DNA of 64,000 nucleotides, taken from the NCBI GenBank assembly GCA_963740355.1, contig CAVUDW010000003.1, positions 736,001 through 800,000 on the forward strand, read 5' to 3'. Positions 9,155 through 17,919 of this stretch are shown one piece after another. Every line of letters starts with the position of its first letter. Positions within the stretch are counted from its first letter, which is position 1. The notes beneath the pieces are model-generated. The model searched no databases and was not told the DNA's origin. It saw nothing but the letters and a program-made list of their open reading frames with translations. The position numbers were made by a program, and so were the translations under genes. This stretch comes from an uncultured Gemmatimonadaceae bacterium (GTDB lineage Bacteria; Gemmatimonadota; Gemmatimonadetes; Gemmatimonadales; Gemmatimonadaceae).

Positions 9155-11098
9155 ATGCGGAACTCTGCGTTCGCCATCGTTGTCGCGACGCTCATCGTCA
9201 CCTCGAACGGCGTCGCGCAGACGTTCTCACTCGAGCAGTACGCCAATGTCGGTCGTGTGACCGACGTCCGCGTCGCGCCACAGGGTGATCGCTCGGTGAT
9301 GGTGGTGGCGTGGCCGAACTACGAGAGCAATGCGTGGGAGTCCGAGCTGGTCGAGGTGAACCTGCAGTCGAAGGCGATGCGCACGCTCACGCAACGCAAG
9401 ACAGCCGCATCCCCGCGCTGGTCACCGTCCGGTGATCGACTGTCGTTCCTGACGACGGTGGATGGCAAGCGTCAACTCTTCGTGATGTCGGTCGGTGGCG
9501 GCGACGCAAGACAGGTGACGAAGTCCTCCACTGGTGTCGGCAACTACGCGTGGAAGCCCGACGGGTCGGCGTTCGCGTACACTGCGCTGGAAGTGCCACC
9601 CACCAAGGGAAAGTTCGACGACGCGTTCGAGGTCAATGGCAATGACTACCTGACCCTGGCCGCACCACGATCGGTGCAACTCTGGCAGGTTGGCGCCGAT
9701 GGCAGTGCGGAACGGACCATCGCACGCGGTACATGGTCGATTCCTTCGCTTGCCTCGACGGTAGCCTGGACGGCGGATGGCAAGTCGATCGTTTTCACCA
9801 GGCAGGATTCGCCGGGTTCACGCGAGTGGGAGCGACGTGCACTGGCCGTGGTGGATGTCGCGACCGGCGCCCTCAGTGGCATCCGCGGCATCGAGTCGAG
9901 GAAGTGCGGTTCGGCGTATCTCTCGCCTGACGGCGCGCAGATGTTGCTCTCCTGCCCCGTTGATTCACATGTCAAGAATCAGTCGGAGCTGGTGCTGCTG
10001 CCGGCCGCCGGTGGCACAGCCGTCAACCTGACGTCCGCGATCGATCGCAACTTCGGGCGCGGCATCTGGCGTGCCGACTCGAAGAGCATCGTCGCCTTCA
10101 CGGCCGATGGCACAGGCAGTGCGATCTGGGAAATTCCCACGACCGGCGCACCGCGCCGTCGCGAGTTCGGGAAGGTCGCCGTCTCGGATCTCGATGTCGC
10201 CCCTGACGGCACGATCATCTTCATTGGCAGCACCCCGTCACGTCCGGCCGAGCTGTACGCGTTGCGTCCGAACTCGACGACGCCCGAGCGCCTCACCGAT
10301 CTGCACGCCAACATCGCGAAGCTGACGCTCGGCGCGGTCGAGGCGATCAGCTGGAAGAACGACAACCTGCCGCTCGACGGTGTGATCACCTTCCCGCCCG
10401 GCTTCGATGCGACGAAGAAGTATCCGCTGCTGCTGAACATCCACGGCGGTCCATGGGGTTCGTCGCGCGAGACCTTCACACCGCTCTCGCAGCTACTAGC
10501 CTCGAAGGGGTTCATCGTCTTCGAGCCGAACTATCGCGGCAGCGACAACCACGGCAATGCGCTCTACTCGGCCGTCTACCGCGACCATGGCGCCGGTCCC
10601 GGGCGCGACATCATGGCGGGCCTCGCGATCCTCAAGGCGCGGCCCTATGTGGACGCGACACGTATCGGCGTCTCGGGTTGGTCGTACGGCGGGTACATGA
10701 CGACCTGGCTGATCGGCCACTTCAATGGCTGGAAGGCCGCCATGGCTGGCGCACCCGTGATCGACCTGGTGGATGACTACAACCTGAACGACCTGTCGCT
10801 TTTCATCCGCGCCTATGGCGAAACGCTCAGCTTCCCGAAGGACCTGGCGTTGATGAAGGAGCAGTCGCCGATGACGTATGTCGACAACATGAACACGCCG
10901 CTGTTGCTGCTGTCGAATACCGGCGACGTTCGCGTGCCGGTGACGCAGTCGTACAAGCTGCTGAATGCGCTGCGTGAACGCGGCAAGGATGTCCGCATGA
11001 AGCTCTGGCCCGTTGCCGGTCACTTCCCTGCTGACCCGTGGCGCGCGCGGGACATCGATCGCGAGTGGGCGGCGTATTTCGAGGAACGGCTGCGCTGA
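9155..11098 (+). CDS. S9 family (prolyl oligopeptidase / acylaminoacyl peptidase-like) peptidase
   Basis: Signal peptide, PD40/beta-propeller repeats, IHGGP, GWSYGG nucleophile, D-x-R-V, GH; alternative start 9131. Confidence 0.92.
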   Translation: MRNSAFAIVVATLIVTSNGVAQTFSLEQYANVGRVTDVRVAPQGDRSVMVVAWPNYESNAWESELVEVNLQSKAMRTLTQRKTAASPRWSPSGDRLSFLTTVDGKRQLFVMSVGGGDARQVTKSSTGVGNYAWKPDGSAFAYTALEVPPTKGKFDDAFEVNGNDYLTLAAPRSVQLWQVGADGSAERTIARGTWSIPSLASTVAWTADGKSIVFTRQDSPGSREWERRALAVVDVATGALSGIRGIESRKCGSAYLSPDGAQMLLSCPVDSHVKNQSELVLLPAAGGTAVNLTSAIDRNFGRGIWRADSKSIVAFTADGTGSAIWEIPTTGAPRRREFGKVAVSDLDVAPDGTIIFIGSTPSRPAELYALRPNSTTPERLTDLHANIAKLTLGAVEAISWKNDNLPLDGVITFPPGFDATKKYPLLLNIHGGPWGSSRETFTPLSQLLASKGFIVFEPNYRGSDNHGNALYSAVYRDHGAGPGRDIMAGLAILKARPYVDATRIGVSGWSYGGYMTTWLIGHFNGWKAAMAGAPVIDLVDDYNLNDLSLFIRAYGETLSFPKDLALMKEQSPMTYVDNMNTPLLLLSNTGDVRVPVTQSYKLLNALRERGKDVRMKLWPVAGHFPADPWRARDIDREWAAYFEERLR

Positions 11099-11124
11099 CC
11101 GATCATGGGCTCACCCTACGCACC

Positions 11125-11649
11125 ATGACGATGCAGTACGACCTCCAGCCCACGCTTCGCGGCGCACTGGTCGAACTGCGCCCGTTGGCTGCCGAAGACT
11201 GGCACACGCTCTACGCGGTTGCCTCCGACCCGTTGATCTGGGCGCAACACCCGTCGAGCGATCGGTACCAGGAAGCAGTCTTTCGTGAGTTCTTCCGAGT
11301 CGCGCTCGAGACGCAGTCCGCTTTCACGGTGCGAGACGTTGCCACAGGCGCCGTCATCGGCTCGACACGCTATGCCGGCTACAACCCTGCTGAGCGCGAG
11401 ATCGAGATTGGCTGGACTTTCCTGGCTCGATCGCACTGGGGCGGTCGCTACAACAGTGAAATGAAGCAGTTGATGCTCCACCACGCCTTCCGGTTCGTCG
11501 ATCGCGCGCTCTTCGTCATCGGTGCCGCGAACACACGTTCCCGAACCGCGATCGCGCGCATTGGTGCCACCTTGCTGGAGTCGCACCCCGCTGGTGGCCA
11601 GGACCACGTCGTGTACGCCGTGCACAGGGACGCGAGCAGGGCGAGCTGA
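11125..11649 (+). CDS. GNAT family N-acetyltransferase (RimJ/RimL-like)
   Basis: LQPTLRG..VELRPL, IGSTRY, EIGWTFLARSHWGG, N.RS..AI.RIGA. Confidence 0.9.
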   Translation: MTMQYDLQPTLRGALVELRPLAAEDWHTLYAVASDPLIWAQHPSSDRYQEAVFREFFRVALETQSAFTVRDVATGAVIGSTRYAGYNPAEREIEIGWTFLARSHWGGRYNSEMKQLMLHHAFRFVDRALFVIGAANTRSRTAIARIGATLLESHPAGGQDHVVYAVHRDASRAS

Positions 11650-11762
11650 CTCGGCAAGTGAACCGATGTTGCGCGACGCACCCTCACCAACCTGCAGCGC
11701 GACTCTGCGCCGTTCGGCACGGTGATCGAGCTCGAAGGGTCAGTGGGAGTGATTCACATTCC

Positions 11763-12407
11763 CTAGTGTGTCCTGACCAGCGTGACTGCATCACCGAGGC
11801 GAATGCTCCCGGGTTGCACCACCTCCGCATTGAGCGCCAGTCGTCCAGCGAACCGGCGGCCGATATCGCGGAGCACCTCAGGATCACGCACCAGAGTGTC
11901 TGGATCCACGGTCGTCATCGGGCAGCGTGGGCGGAGTGAGTCGAGCCGAATGATCGCGTCACCCACGTGGAGGTACGCACCCTCCCACGTCACTTCCTCC
12001 ATGCCTTCCACGCCGCCGATGAGGATGTTGGGGCGAAGGCGCCGGATGTCGCGACCGAATGCGGTGACCGCACCGTCGGTCGCGACGAGGAGCGGCAGAA
12101 TGTCGAAGCGGCCAGCCTGGCCAGACGATTGCATCCACGCGTCCTGACCGGCTGCCGCGCGCACCAGTGACTGTGCGGCAGCACTCTCCCACGGCAGGCC
12201 ATCGACAAGGGCTTCGCCGTCGGGCCCGAGCGTACCATGCAGACCGAGCAGGCGGTGATGTCGGCGCGACGTACGCACGCCTTCGGGTCCGTACACCTGC
12301 ACGATCCGGTCACCGGGAATGCCGCCCTGCGTGAGTTGGGCGCGCTCGATCGGCTCGCCGGCGAGTGACTTCACTGGATAGCGCCACAAACCGTCGATGC
12401 GCAGCAT
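11763..12407 (-). CDS. MOSC domain protein
   Basis: LWRYPVKSLAGE, RRLRPNI, RC.MTTVDPDT, G.IRLGD. Confidence 0.9.
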   Translation of the reverse strand: MLRIDGLWRYPVKSLAGEPIERAQLTQGGIPGDRIVQVYGPEGVRTSRRHHRLLGLHGTLGPDGEALVDGLPWESAAAQSLVRAAAGQDAWMQSSGQAGRFDILPLLVATDGAVTAFGRDIRRLRPNILIGGVEGMEEVTWEGAYLHVGDAIIRLDSLRPRCPMTTVDPDTLVRDPEVLRDIGRRFAGRLALNAEVVQPGSIRLGDAVTLVRTH

Positions 12408-12856
12408 CAGTCACCTGCACCGGCGTCGGAGGCGAGTATGGCGGACGGCAGGATACGGCGCTCGTCGAAGCGAATCGGCGCGTCGTTGATACTGGCAAAG
12501 CGACGCGCCATGAGTCCGAACTCGTCGAACTCCCACAGCTCATTGCCGTACGACCGATACCACTGGCCGGACCCGTCGCGCCACTCGTACTCGAATCGCA
12601 CCGCAATCCGGTTCTCCCGGAAGCCCCATAGCTCCTTCTTCAGGCGATACTCCTGTTCCTTCTGCCACTTCTGCGTCAGGAAGGCGCGAATTTCATCGCG
12701 ACCATTCAGGAAATCCGTGCGGTTCCTCCACTCGGAATTCTCGGTGTACGCCATGGCGACTCGCTCAGGGTCGCGGCTGTTCCACGCGTCCTCGGCGGCC
12801 TGCACCTTGGCGAGCGCAGTATCCATGGTGAATGGCGGACGAATCGGGCTGTTCAC
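12407..12856 (-). CDS. DUF1348 / SnoaL-like (NTF2) protein
   Basis: [18 protein letters not shown]...[23 protein letters not shown] signature. Confidence 0.92.
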   Translation of the reverse strand: MNSPIRPPFTMDTALAKVQAAEDAWNSRDPERVAMAYTENSEWRNRTDFLNGRDEIRAFLTQKWQKEQEYRLKKELWGFRENRIAVRFEYEWRDGSGQWYRSYGNELWEFDEFGLMARRFASINDAPIRFDERRILPSAILASDAGAGD

Positions 12857-12946
12857 GTGTGCTCCTGTTGAAACCGAATGGGCGCGCGGATGTGCGCGAA
12901 GGGACTGGTGATCGCCGGCGACCGGTGCAGGTCGCCGGCCGCACCG

Positions 12947-13492
12947 TCATGCCGCGACGTCGAGCACGACCTCAGGGAAGTCGATGGTGGTCTCACTCAC
13001 GTTGTTCAGGTAGTTGGTGAACACGTTGAGCGCGACATGTCCGACGACCTCGACGATCTCCGCATCCGTGACGCCTGCGGCACGAGCGTCGGCGAGTGCC
13101 GCGTCGGTGACCATACCACGCGTGTTATTGATCGCCACTGCGAGCTTGAGTAGCGCTGCGGTCCGCGGCTGTGCTGACACGGCGCGCTTGGCGGCGGCCA
13201 ATTCCGCCTGATCCAGCCCATGCATTGCTCCGATGGCCGTGTGCGCCGACAGGCAGTAGCCGCAGCCATTCGACTGTGCGACCGCAATGGCGATCTGCTC
13301 ACCGACCTTGCCGCCCAGCGTACCCTTGCCCACGCTGGCAAACATGCCGAGCATGGCACCGAGCGTGGATGGCGCATTGGCGGCGGTGGTGACCAGGTTC
13401 GGCGTTCCACCGAACATCTTCTTCGCGGTGGCAAGGTGCGTTGCGACGTCGCCGGTGGCGGTCGCTGGATCGATCGGGTGAATACGGGGCAT
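12947..13492 (-). CDS. Carboxymuconolactone decarboxylase / AhpD-like peroxidase
   Basis: EQIAIAVAQSNGCGYCLSAH motif; NVFTNYLN...IDFP. Confidence 0.9.
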   Translation of the reverse strand: MPRIHPIDPATATGDVATHLATAKKMFGGTPNLVTTAANAPSTLGAMLGMFASVGKGTLGGKVGEQIAIAVAQSNGCGYCLSAHTAIGAMHGLDQAELAAAKRAVSAQPRTAALLKLAVAINNTRGMVTDAALADARAAGVTDAEIVEVVGHVALNVFTNYLNNVSETTIDFPEVVLDVAA

Positions 13493-13561
13493 GACTGGCT
13501 CCAAAACGTGTATGTAGGTGACGTTCGATGGGGGAATTGCGCATTCCCCGAGTGTTATCGT

Positions 13562-13592
13562 GTTAGTGGCAGGGTTGGCCGAGATCTTACCT
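13562..13592 (-). promoter_or_regulatory. Putative ECF sigma promoter (copy 1) upstream of CMD/AhpD gene
   Basis: Minus strand AGGTAAGATCT-N11-GCCACTAAC; both boxes identical to copy at 15136-15166. Confidence 0.75.
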
Positions 13593-13611
13593 GAGCGGGA
13601 GTGAGCGACCG

Positions 13612-14025
13612 ATGGAACCGCAATCCGGGCCGGGTACCGAGCGCAAGGCGGTACTGCGTGCCGCATCAGAGGCGTTCTTCGCCGCGCTCAACCAGAAGGA
13701 TTTCGAGGCAATTCCCTACGACGAAAATGTGATCTTCCGTGCGCCGATTGCGCCGGGCGGCCGGCACTTCCCTTTGTTCGGCCGCGCGGCCCTGCGCACG
13801 ATCTGGTGGCCACCGCTGGCACCGATGCTCTGGGAGGCACGAATCGTCTCGCACTACTTCAACGATGACCTGACGGCGATCGTGACCGAGGCGGATATCC
13901 ATACCCGCAATCCGAAGGCAACGCTTCGCGTGGCCGATCGATTCGTCGTCAACGATGCCGGCAGGATCATTGAGCAGGAGAACCACTTCGACCCGCGGGA
14001 TGTGACGACACCGGGCTGGCGGTGA
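13612..14025 (+). CDS. SnoaL-like / NTF2 family protein
   Basis: FFAALNQKDF, VADRFVVNDAGRIIEQENHFDPR pattern. Confidence 0.75.
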   Translation: MEPQSGPGTERKAVLRAASEAFFAALNQKDFEAIPYDENVIFRAPIAPGGRHFPLFGRAALRTIWWPPLAPMLWEARIVSHYFNDDLTAIVTEADIHTRNPKATLRVADRFVVNDAGRIIEQENHFDPRDVTTPGWR

Positions 14026-14073
14026 CGCCGACGTCGCGTCGGCACCACCGCATTGCCCAGCGTCCGCCGTGGC

Positions 14074-15033
14074 CTACTTCGGTACCTTCGCCTGATAGAA
14101 CCGCTTCATGAGTGCACCCACTTCGACGGCGTGATCCTCGAGCACGAAGTGACCACCATCAAGGAAGTGCAGCTCGGCAGCCGGGACGTCGTGCAGGTAG
14201 GCGCTGGCACCAGCCTGGGTGAAGAAGACGTCGCCCTTGCCCCAGACGATCAGTGTCGGTGGATGGTTGTCGCGCAGGAACTTCTGCCATGCCGGATAGA
14301 GTGGCACATTCTTTCGATAGTCGTAGAGCAGATCGAGGTTGGCACGATGTGCACCAGGTCGCGACAGGAAGAAGAGATCTGAATTCCATGCATCCGGGCT
14401 GATCTTTGCTGGATCGGGCGAGCCGGTGAGGTAGATCTGCTTCACGCCGGCGAGCTCGAGAAAGCCTTCCAACGGGCGCTCGGTGTCTGCGTTTCGGTTC
14501 TTCCAGAGCGCGCCACGCAGGGCATCCCACACACCAGTGAATCCCTCCTCGTACGTGTTGCCATTCTGGATGATGAGCCACTGCAGCCAATCGGGATGCC
14601 GCGCAAAGATCCGGTTGCCGATTGGCCCACCATAGTCCTGCAGGTAGAAGCCCGCACGCGTGACATGCAGTTGCACCAGAAGCTGCTCCGTGATCGAGGC
14701 GAGGTGATCGAACGAATACTCGAAGGTCGCGGGATCAGGTAACGTCGTGTTGCCGAAGCCGGGGTAGTCCGGCGCAATCACGTGAAATTTCGCCGAAAGC
14801 TCCGGAATCAGGTCGCGAAACATGTGCGACGACGATGGAAAACCTCCCAGCAATACGACAGTCGGCTTCCGCGGATCTCCGGCCTCGCGATAGAAGACGT
14901 TGAGCCCCTCGATCGTGATCGAGCGATAGTGGATGGCGGCGGCAGCAGTGGCCGTCGAGTCAGGCCCGGCGTGGCGGGCGGCGGCGGGCGGCGTGGCGAG
15001 CAATGCCGCCACGGCGAGTAAATGGTGCAACAT
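14074..15033 (-). CDS. Alpha/beta hydrolase (epoxide hydrolase / haloalkane dehalogenase-like), signal peptide
   Basis: GFPSSSHMFRDL, APDYPGFG, QDYGGPIG, GHFVLE. Confidence 0.92.
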   Translation of the reverse strand: MLHHLLAVAALLATPPAAARHAGPDSTATAAAAIHYRSITIEGLNVFYREAGDPRKPTVVLLGGFPSSSHMFRDLIPELSAKFHVIAPDYPGFGNTTLPDPATFEYSFDHLASITEQLLVQLHVTRAGFYLQDYGGPIGNRIFARHPDWLQWLIIQNGNTYEEGFTGVWDALRGALWKNRNADTERPLEGFLELAGVKQIYLTGSPDPAKISPDAWNSDLFFLSRPGAHRANLDLLYDYRKNVPLYPAWQKFLRDNHPPTLIVWGKGDVFFTQAGASAYLHDVPAAELHFLDGGHFVLEDHAVEVGALMKRFYQAKVPK

Positions 15034-15135
15034 GGGTCCCCTCAGGATTGGTAAGGAGGGGTGCCATGGATTCGCCCGGAAACTCCGTTGCGGAGCGTAT
15101 CAGTCGCGGTCACCCCTCGAGATCGTGTTCATCCC

Positions 15136-15166
15136 GTTAGTGGCCATGCGAGCGAAGATCTTACCT
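15136..15166 (-). promoter_or_regulatory. Putative ECF sigma promoter (copy 2) upstream of alpha/beta hydrolase
   Basis: Minus strand AGGTAAGATCT-N11-GCCACTAAC. Confidence 0.75.
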
Positions 15167-15168
15167 CG

Positions 15169-15402
15169 CTACCGTGACGGCGGCGGTTGATCCAGTTGAT
15201 CCAGCGCCGCGAGCAGCCCCGCGGTGTCTTCGCGACAGGCCGCGCAGTTGCGGATGTGCGTCATGAATTCCGCGTATCGCGCTTCGACGTCGACGCCGCG
15301 GCGCAGTGCCTCGACATATTCGTCGAGGACCTCGAACGCGCCATCGCACCCTGGGTCGCGGCCGGTGGTGCCGAGCAGGTGATCGAGCGGGTCGTGGCTC
15401 AT
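15169..15402 (-). CDS. Soluble zf-HC2 (ZAS) anti-sigma factor
   Basis: C...HIRNCAAC (HxxxCxxC); 4-bp overlap with sigma gene; no TM segment. Confidence 0.85.
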   Translation of the reverse strand: MSHDPLDHLLGTTGRDPGCDGAFEVLDEYVEALRRGVDVEARYAEFMTHIRNCAACREDTAGLLAALDQLDQPPPSR

Positions 15403-16019
15403 GCCAGATGCTCCATGAAGCCGGCGTCAGTGAGCGCGCTGCGCAACTTGCGCCGCGCGTCGTGCAGTGTCTTGTAGATCGCGCCTCGTGAGCTGCAGTA
15501 TTGCTCTGCGATCACATCGATCGGAACGTCATCCACGGCAGCCGACTGGAAAATCTGCCGTTGACGATCGGTGAGCCGCTCGCGAACCGCGCGCGCCAGG
15601 GCCGCCGCCAGCTCCTCATTCTCGATGGTCCGGAGCGCCGACGGCGAACCATCGACGAGCCGCTCCAGGACAGCGTCATCCGCGTCGATATCGCGATGCC
15701 GCCACGCATGGCGCCGGAGGCGCGTCGACACCTCGAAAATCACGAACTTGCACGCCCACGTCGTGAATCGCGCCTGTCCGCGGAACTCATGCAACTTCCG
15801 GAGAATCGACATCACGGCATCGTTTGCGGCCTGGATACACAGGTCGTCAACCTCGTCGAGCGCTCGATCGGGCAGCATTCCCCGTCGACGAGACGCTTCC
15901 GACCGCGCCACACGCACGAGCAGTGCGTGAAGTCGACTGATCGCTTCATCGCGTACCATCCCCGGCGCATGGAGATCCTGCACCAGCGTGGCGGACTCCG
16001 CGTCGGCGTGAGAGGTCAT
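15399..16019 (-). CDS. ECF RNA polymerase sigma factor
   Basis: DDLCIQA, FRGQARFTTWA (region 2); LTDRQRQIF...SRGAIYKTLHDARRKLR (region 4). Confidence 0.92.
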   Translation of the reverse strand: MTSHADAESATLVQDLHAPGMVRDEAISRLHALLVRVARSEASRRRGMLPDRALDEVDDLCIQAANDAVMSILRKLHEFRGQARFTTWACKFVIFEVSTRLRRHAWRHRDIDADDAVLERLVDGSPSALRTIENEELAAALARAVRERLTDRQRQIFQSAAVDDVPIDVIAEQYCSSRGAIYKTLHDARRKLRSALTDAGFMEHLA

Positions 16020-16096
16020 CCCCGAACATAACACGCCATGCGCGAACACTGGTCGTGGCATTCCCGGCCTGCCACTACGTACCGACCGACCTCGAG

Positions 16097-17002
16097 CTAC
16101 GACTCCCGCTGCGAGTCCAGGTAGAGTTCAATTCCATCCAGCACCCGCTCCAGCCCGAAATCGAAACTCTCGTCCATCGTGCGCGGGCGTCCTCGCTTCA
16201 CCGGCAGCGGTGAGGCGTCGGTGATGCCGCCTGTGCTGGATGTGAGAATTGCCGACAACATCGGATACCGCGGATCGTTGATCGCGCGGCACAAGTCGGC
16301 ACCAACGGCCTCAGCCCACTGCTCCGGTGTGATCCCTCGAGCAGTCGCGCGCGCCAGCGAAATGATCGTATCGGAGCTGCCGTGCACGTACCCATGCACC
16401 ACGCTCAGCATGTCCATCATGTCCTCCGGACTCAGCCCCGCGTCCGCGATACTGGCGAGGAACGCTTCGTGCCAGCTCAACCAGTTCGGCCCATGCGGCG
16501 CCGCCACGAACGGCAATTCCGCGAGCCATGGTCGAGCGCACAGCATCGCGCGCTTCGCGTACGACCAGTGCTTCACTTCCGCACGCCAGCCTTCACGCGG
16601 ACCGCTACGCGGCGGCGGTACACCCATCGCTGCGTCGACTGCCGCGTCGACCAGCGCTTCCTTGTTGGGGAAGTAGCGGTAGAGCGCCATCGGTGTGAAC
16701 CCAAGCCGCGCCGCGACCGCGTGCATCGTCAACGCCGACAGGCCATCCCCGTCGGCAAGACTGATCGCGGCCTGCACCACATCTTCGCGGCTCGTCGCTG
16801 GCTTCGGCCCTCGGCTCGGCCGGAGCTGCGCGTCCCACAACAACTCGCTGCGCTTCCGCAGCTCGTCGCCCTCGCCGGCTGCTTTGACTGAGGCTGGTTG
16901 AGCCTTTCCGCGCGCCGGTTGTGCCGGCGCCCGCCCCGCTTTCGCCCGCCCTGCCTTCGCCTGCCCCGCCTTCGGGCGATCCGGCCCACTCCGTCCCGCC
17001 AT
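16097..17002 (-). CDS. TetR/AcrR family regulator with TetR_C-like domain
   Basis: HTH LTMHAVAARLGFTPMALYRYFPNKE; C-terminal FDFGLERVLDGIE. Confidence 0.92.
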   Translation of the reverse strand: MAGRSGPDRPKAGQAKAGRAKAGRAPAQPARGKAQPASVKAAGEGDELRKRSELLWDAQLRPSRGPKPATSREDVVQAAISLADGDGLSALTMHAVAARLGFTPMALYRYFPNKEALVDAAVDAAMGVPPPRSGPREGWRAEVKHWSYAKRAMLCARPWLAELPFVAAPHGPNWLSWHEAFLASIADAGLSPEDMMDMLSVVHGYVHGSSDTIISLARATARGITPEQWAEAVGADLCRAINDPRYPMLSAILTSSTGGITDASPLPVKRGRPRTMDESFDFGLERVLDGIELYLDSQRES

Positions 17003-17041
17003 TTGGCTCCCTGTTGAGCGGAAGCGTGCCCGGGTTGAAAC

Positions 17042-17079
17042 TGTTTACGCCGTACACCGTACCGTGTATGACGTAAACA
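17042..17079. promoter_or_regulatory. Tandem TetR operators in divergent promoter region
   Basis: GTTTACGCCGTACAC (17043-17057) and GTGTATGACGTAAAC (17064-17078), each quasi-palindromic and mutually inverted. Confidence 0.75.
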
Positions 17080-17103
17080 TAATCCCCCATCCGGAGCGCC
17101 TCA

Positions 17104-17781
17104 ATGTCAGACATTACGAACCACACCAGCGCGCACACCAATTCTCCAGCCATCAGCACCAACAGCACCTCCACAAGTACGGCCAGCGCGTTCGGACGCG
17201 TCAGCCGGTTCGCAATCGCCGCCGCCGCGCTGGTTGGGAGTGCAACTGGCGCCGCAGCCCAGTCAGCGACAGAGCGCGGATCTGGTTTTGAGTTCCTCGT
17301 CTCGTCTGGCAGCCTGGTGCCGACAGGATCGCAGCGCGACGCGCTCAAGCGCGCGGACCAGACCGTGGCGCAACTGAGCTACGCCGTGACTTCGAACATC
17401 GTGTTCACATCCAGCGTCGGCTGGGCGCGGAGCCGCGACATCGCGTCAGCTGGCAGTCCGAAACTCGATGTGTACTCGTACGACGTTGGCGCCGAGCTCC
17501 GCGCCGATCGCTGGCTCGCCGGCAAGTCGCTGTCTTTCACACCGTTCGCTGGGGCTGGGGTGGGTGGCCGAAGCTATGACTACCGCAAGCTGGAAGTGGA
17601 TGCCACGCACAACCTCGCGTCGTACGGCGGCGTCGGCGGCGAGCTTGGGTACCGCCGCGTGCGGATGCGCATCGAGGCCCGCGACTACGTGTCTGGCTTC
17701 AAGCGCCTGATGGCCGATGGTTCGACCGGCCGACGGAATGACGTGAGCGTCATGGCCGGCTTCCGGATCGCAGCGCACTGA
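17104..17781 (+). CDS. Outer-membrane beta-barrel protein
   Basis: Signal peptide; amphipathic strands FTPFAGAGVG, RIEARDY, VMAGFRI. Confidence 0.8.
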   Translation: MSDITNHTSAHTNSPAISTNSTSTSTASAFGRVSRFAIAAAALVGSATGAAAQSATERGSGFEFLVSSGSLVPTGSQRDALKRADQTVAQLSYAVTSNIVFTSSVGWARSRDIASAGSPKLDVYSYDVGAELRADRWLAGKSLSFTPFAGAGVGGRSYDYRKLEVDATHNLASYGGVGGELGYRRVRMRIEARDYVSGFKRLMADGSTGRRNDVSVMAGFRIAAH

Positions 17782-17919
17782 CCGTGCGTGCCACGACAGC
17801 GGGCTCGTGACCGCGCTGTTATCCTGATGCGGAGCGACTTCAACCGGGCGGCAGGGGACGCGGACGATCGCGTTCCCAGCCCCTGAAGCGCGACGCCTGA
17901 CTCCCCCAGGAGAATTCAC

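Noticed and set aside
16020..16096. Third copy of the ECF promoter upstream of the sigma gene
   Set aside because: GCCAC half-sites are present but no GGTAAGAT box at the right spacing
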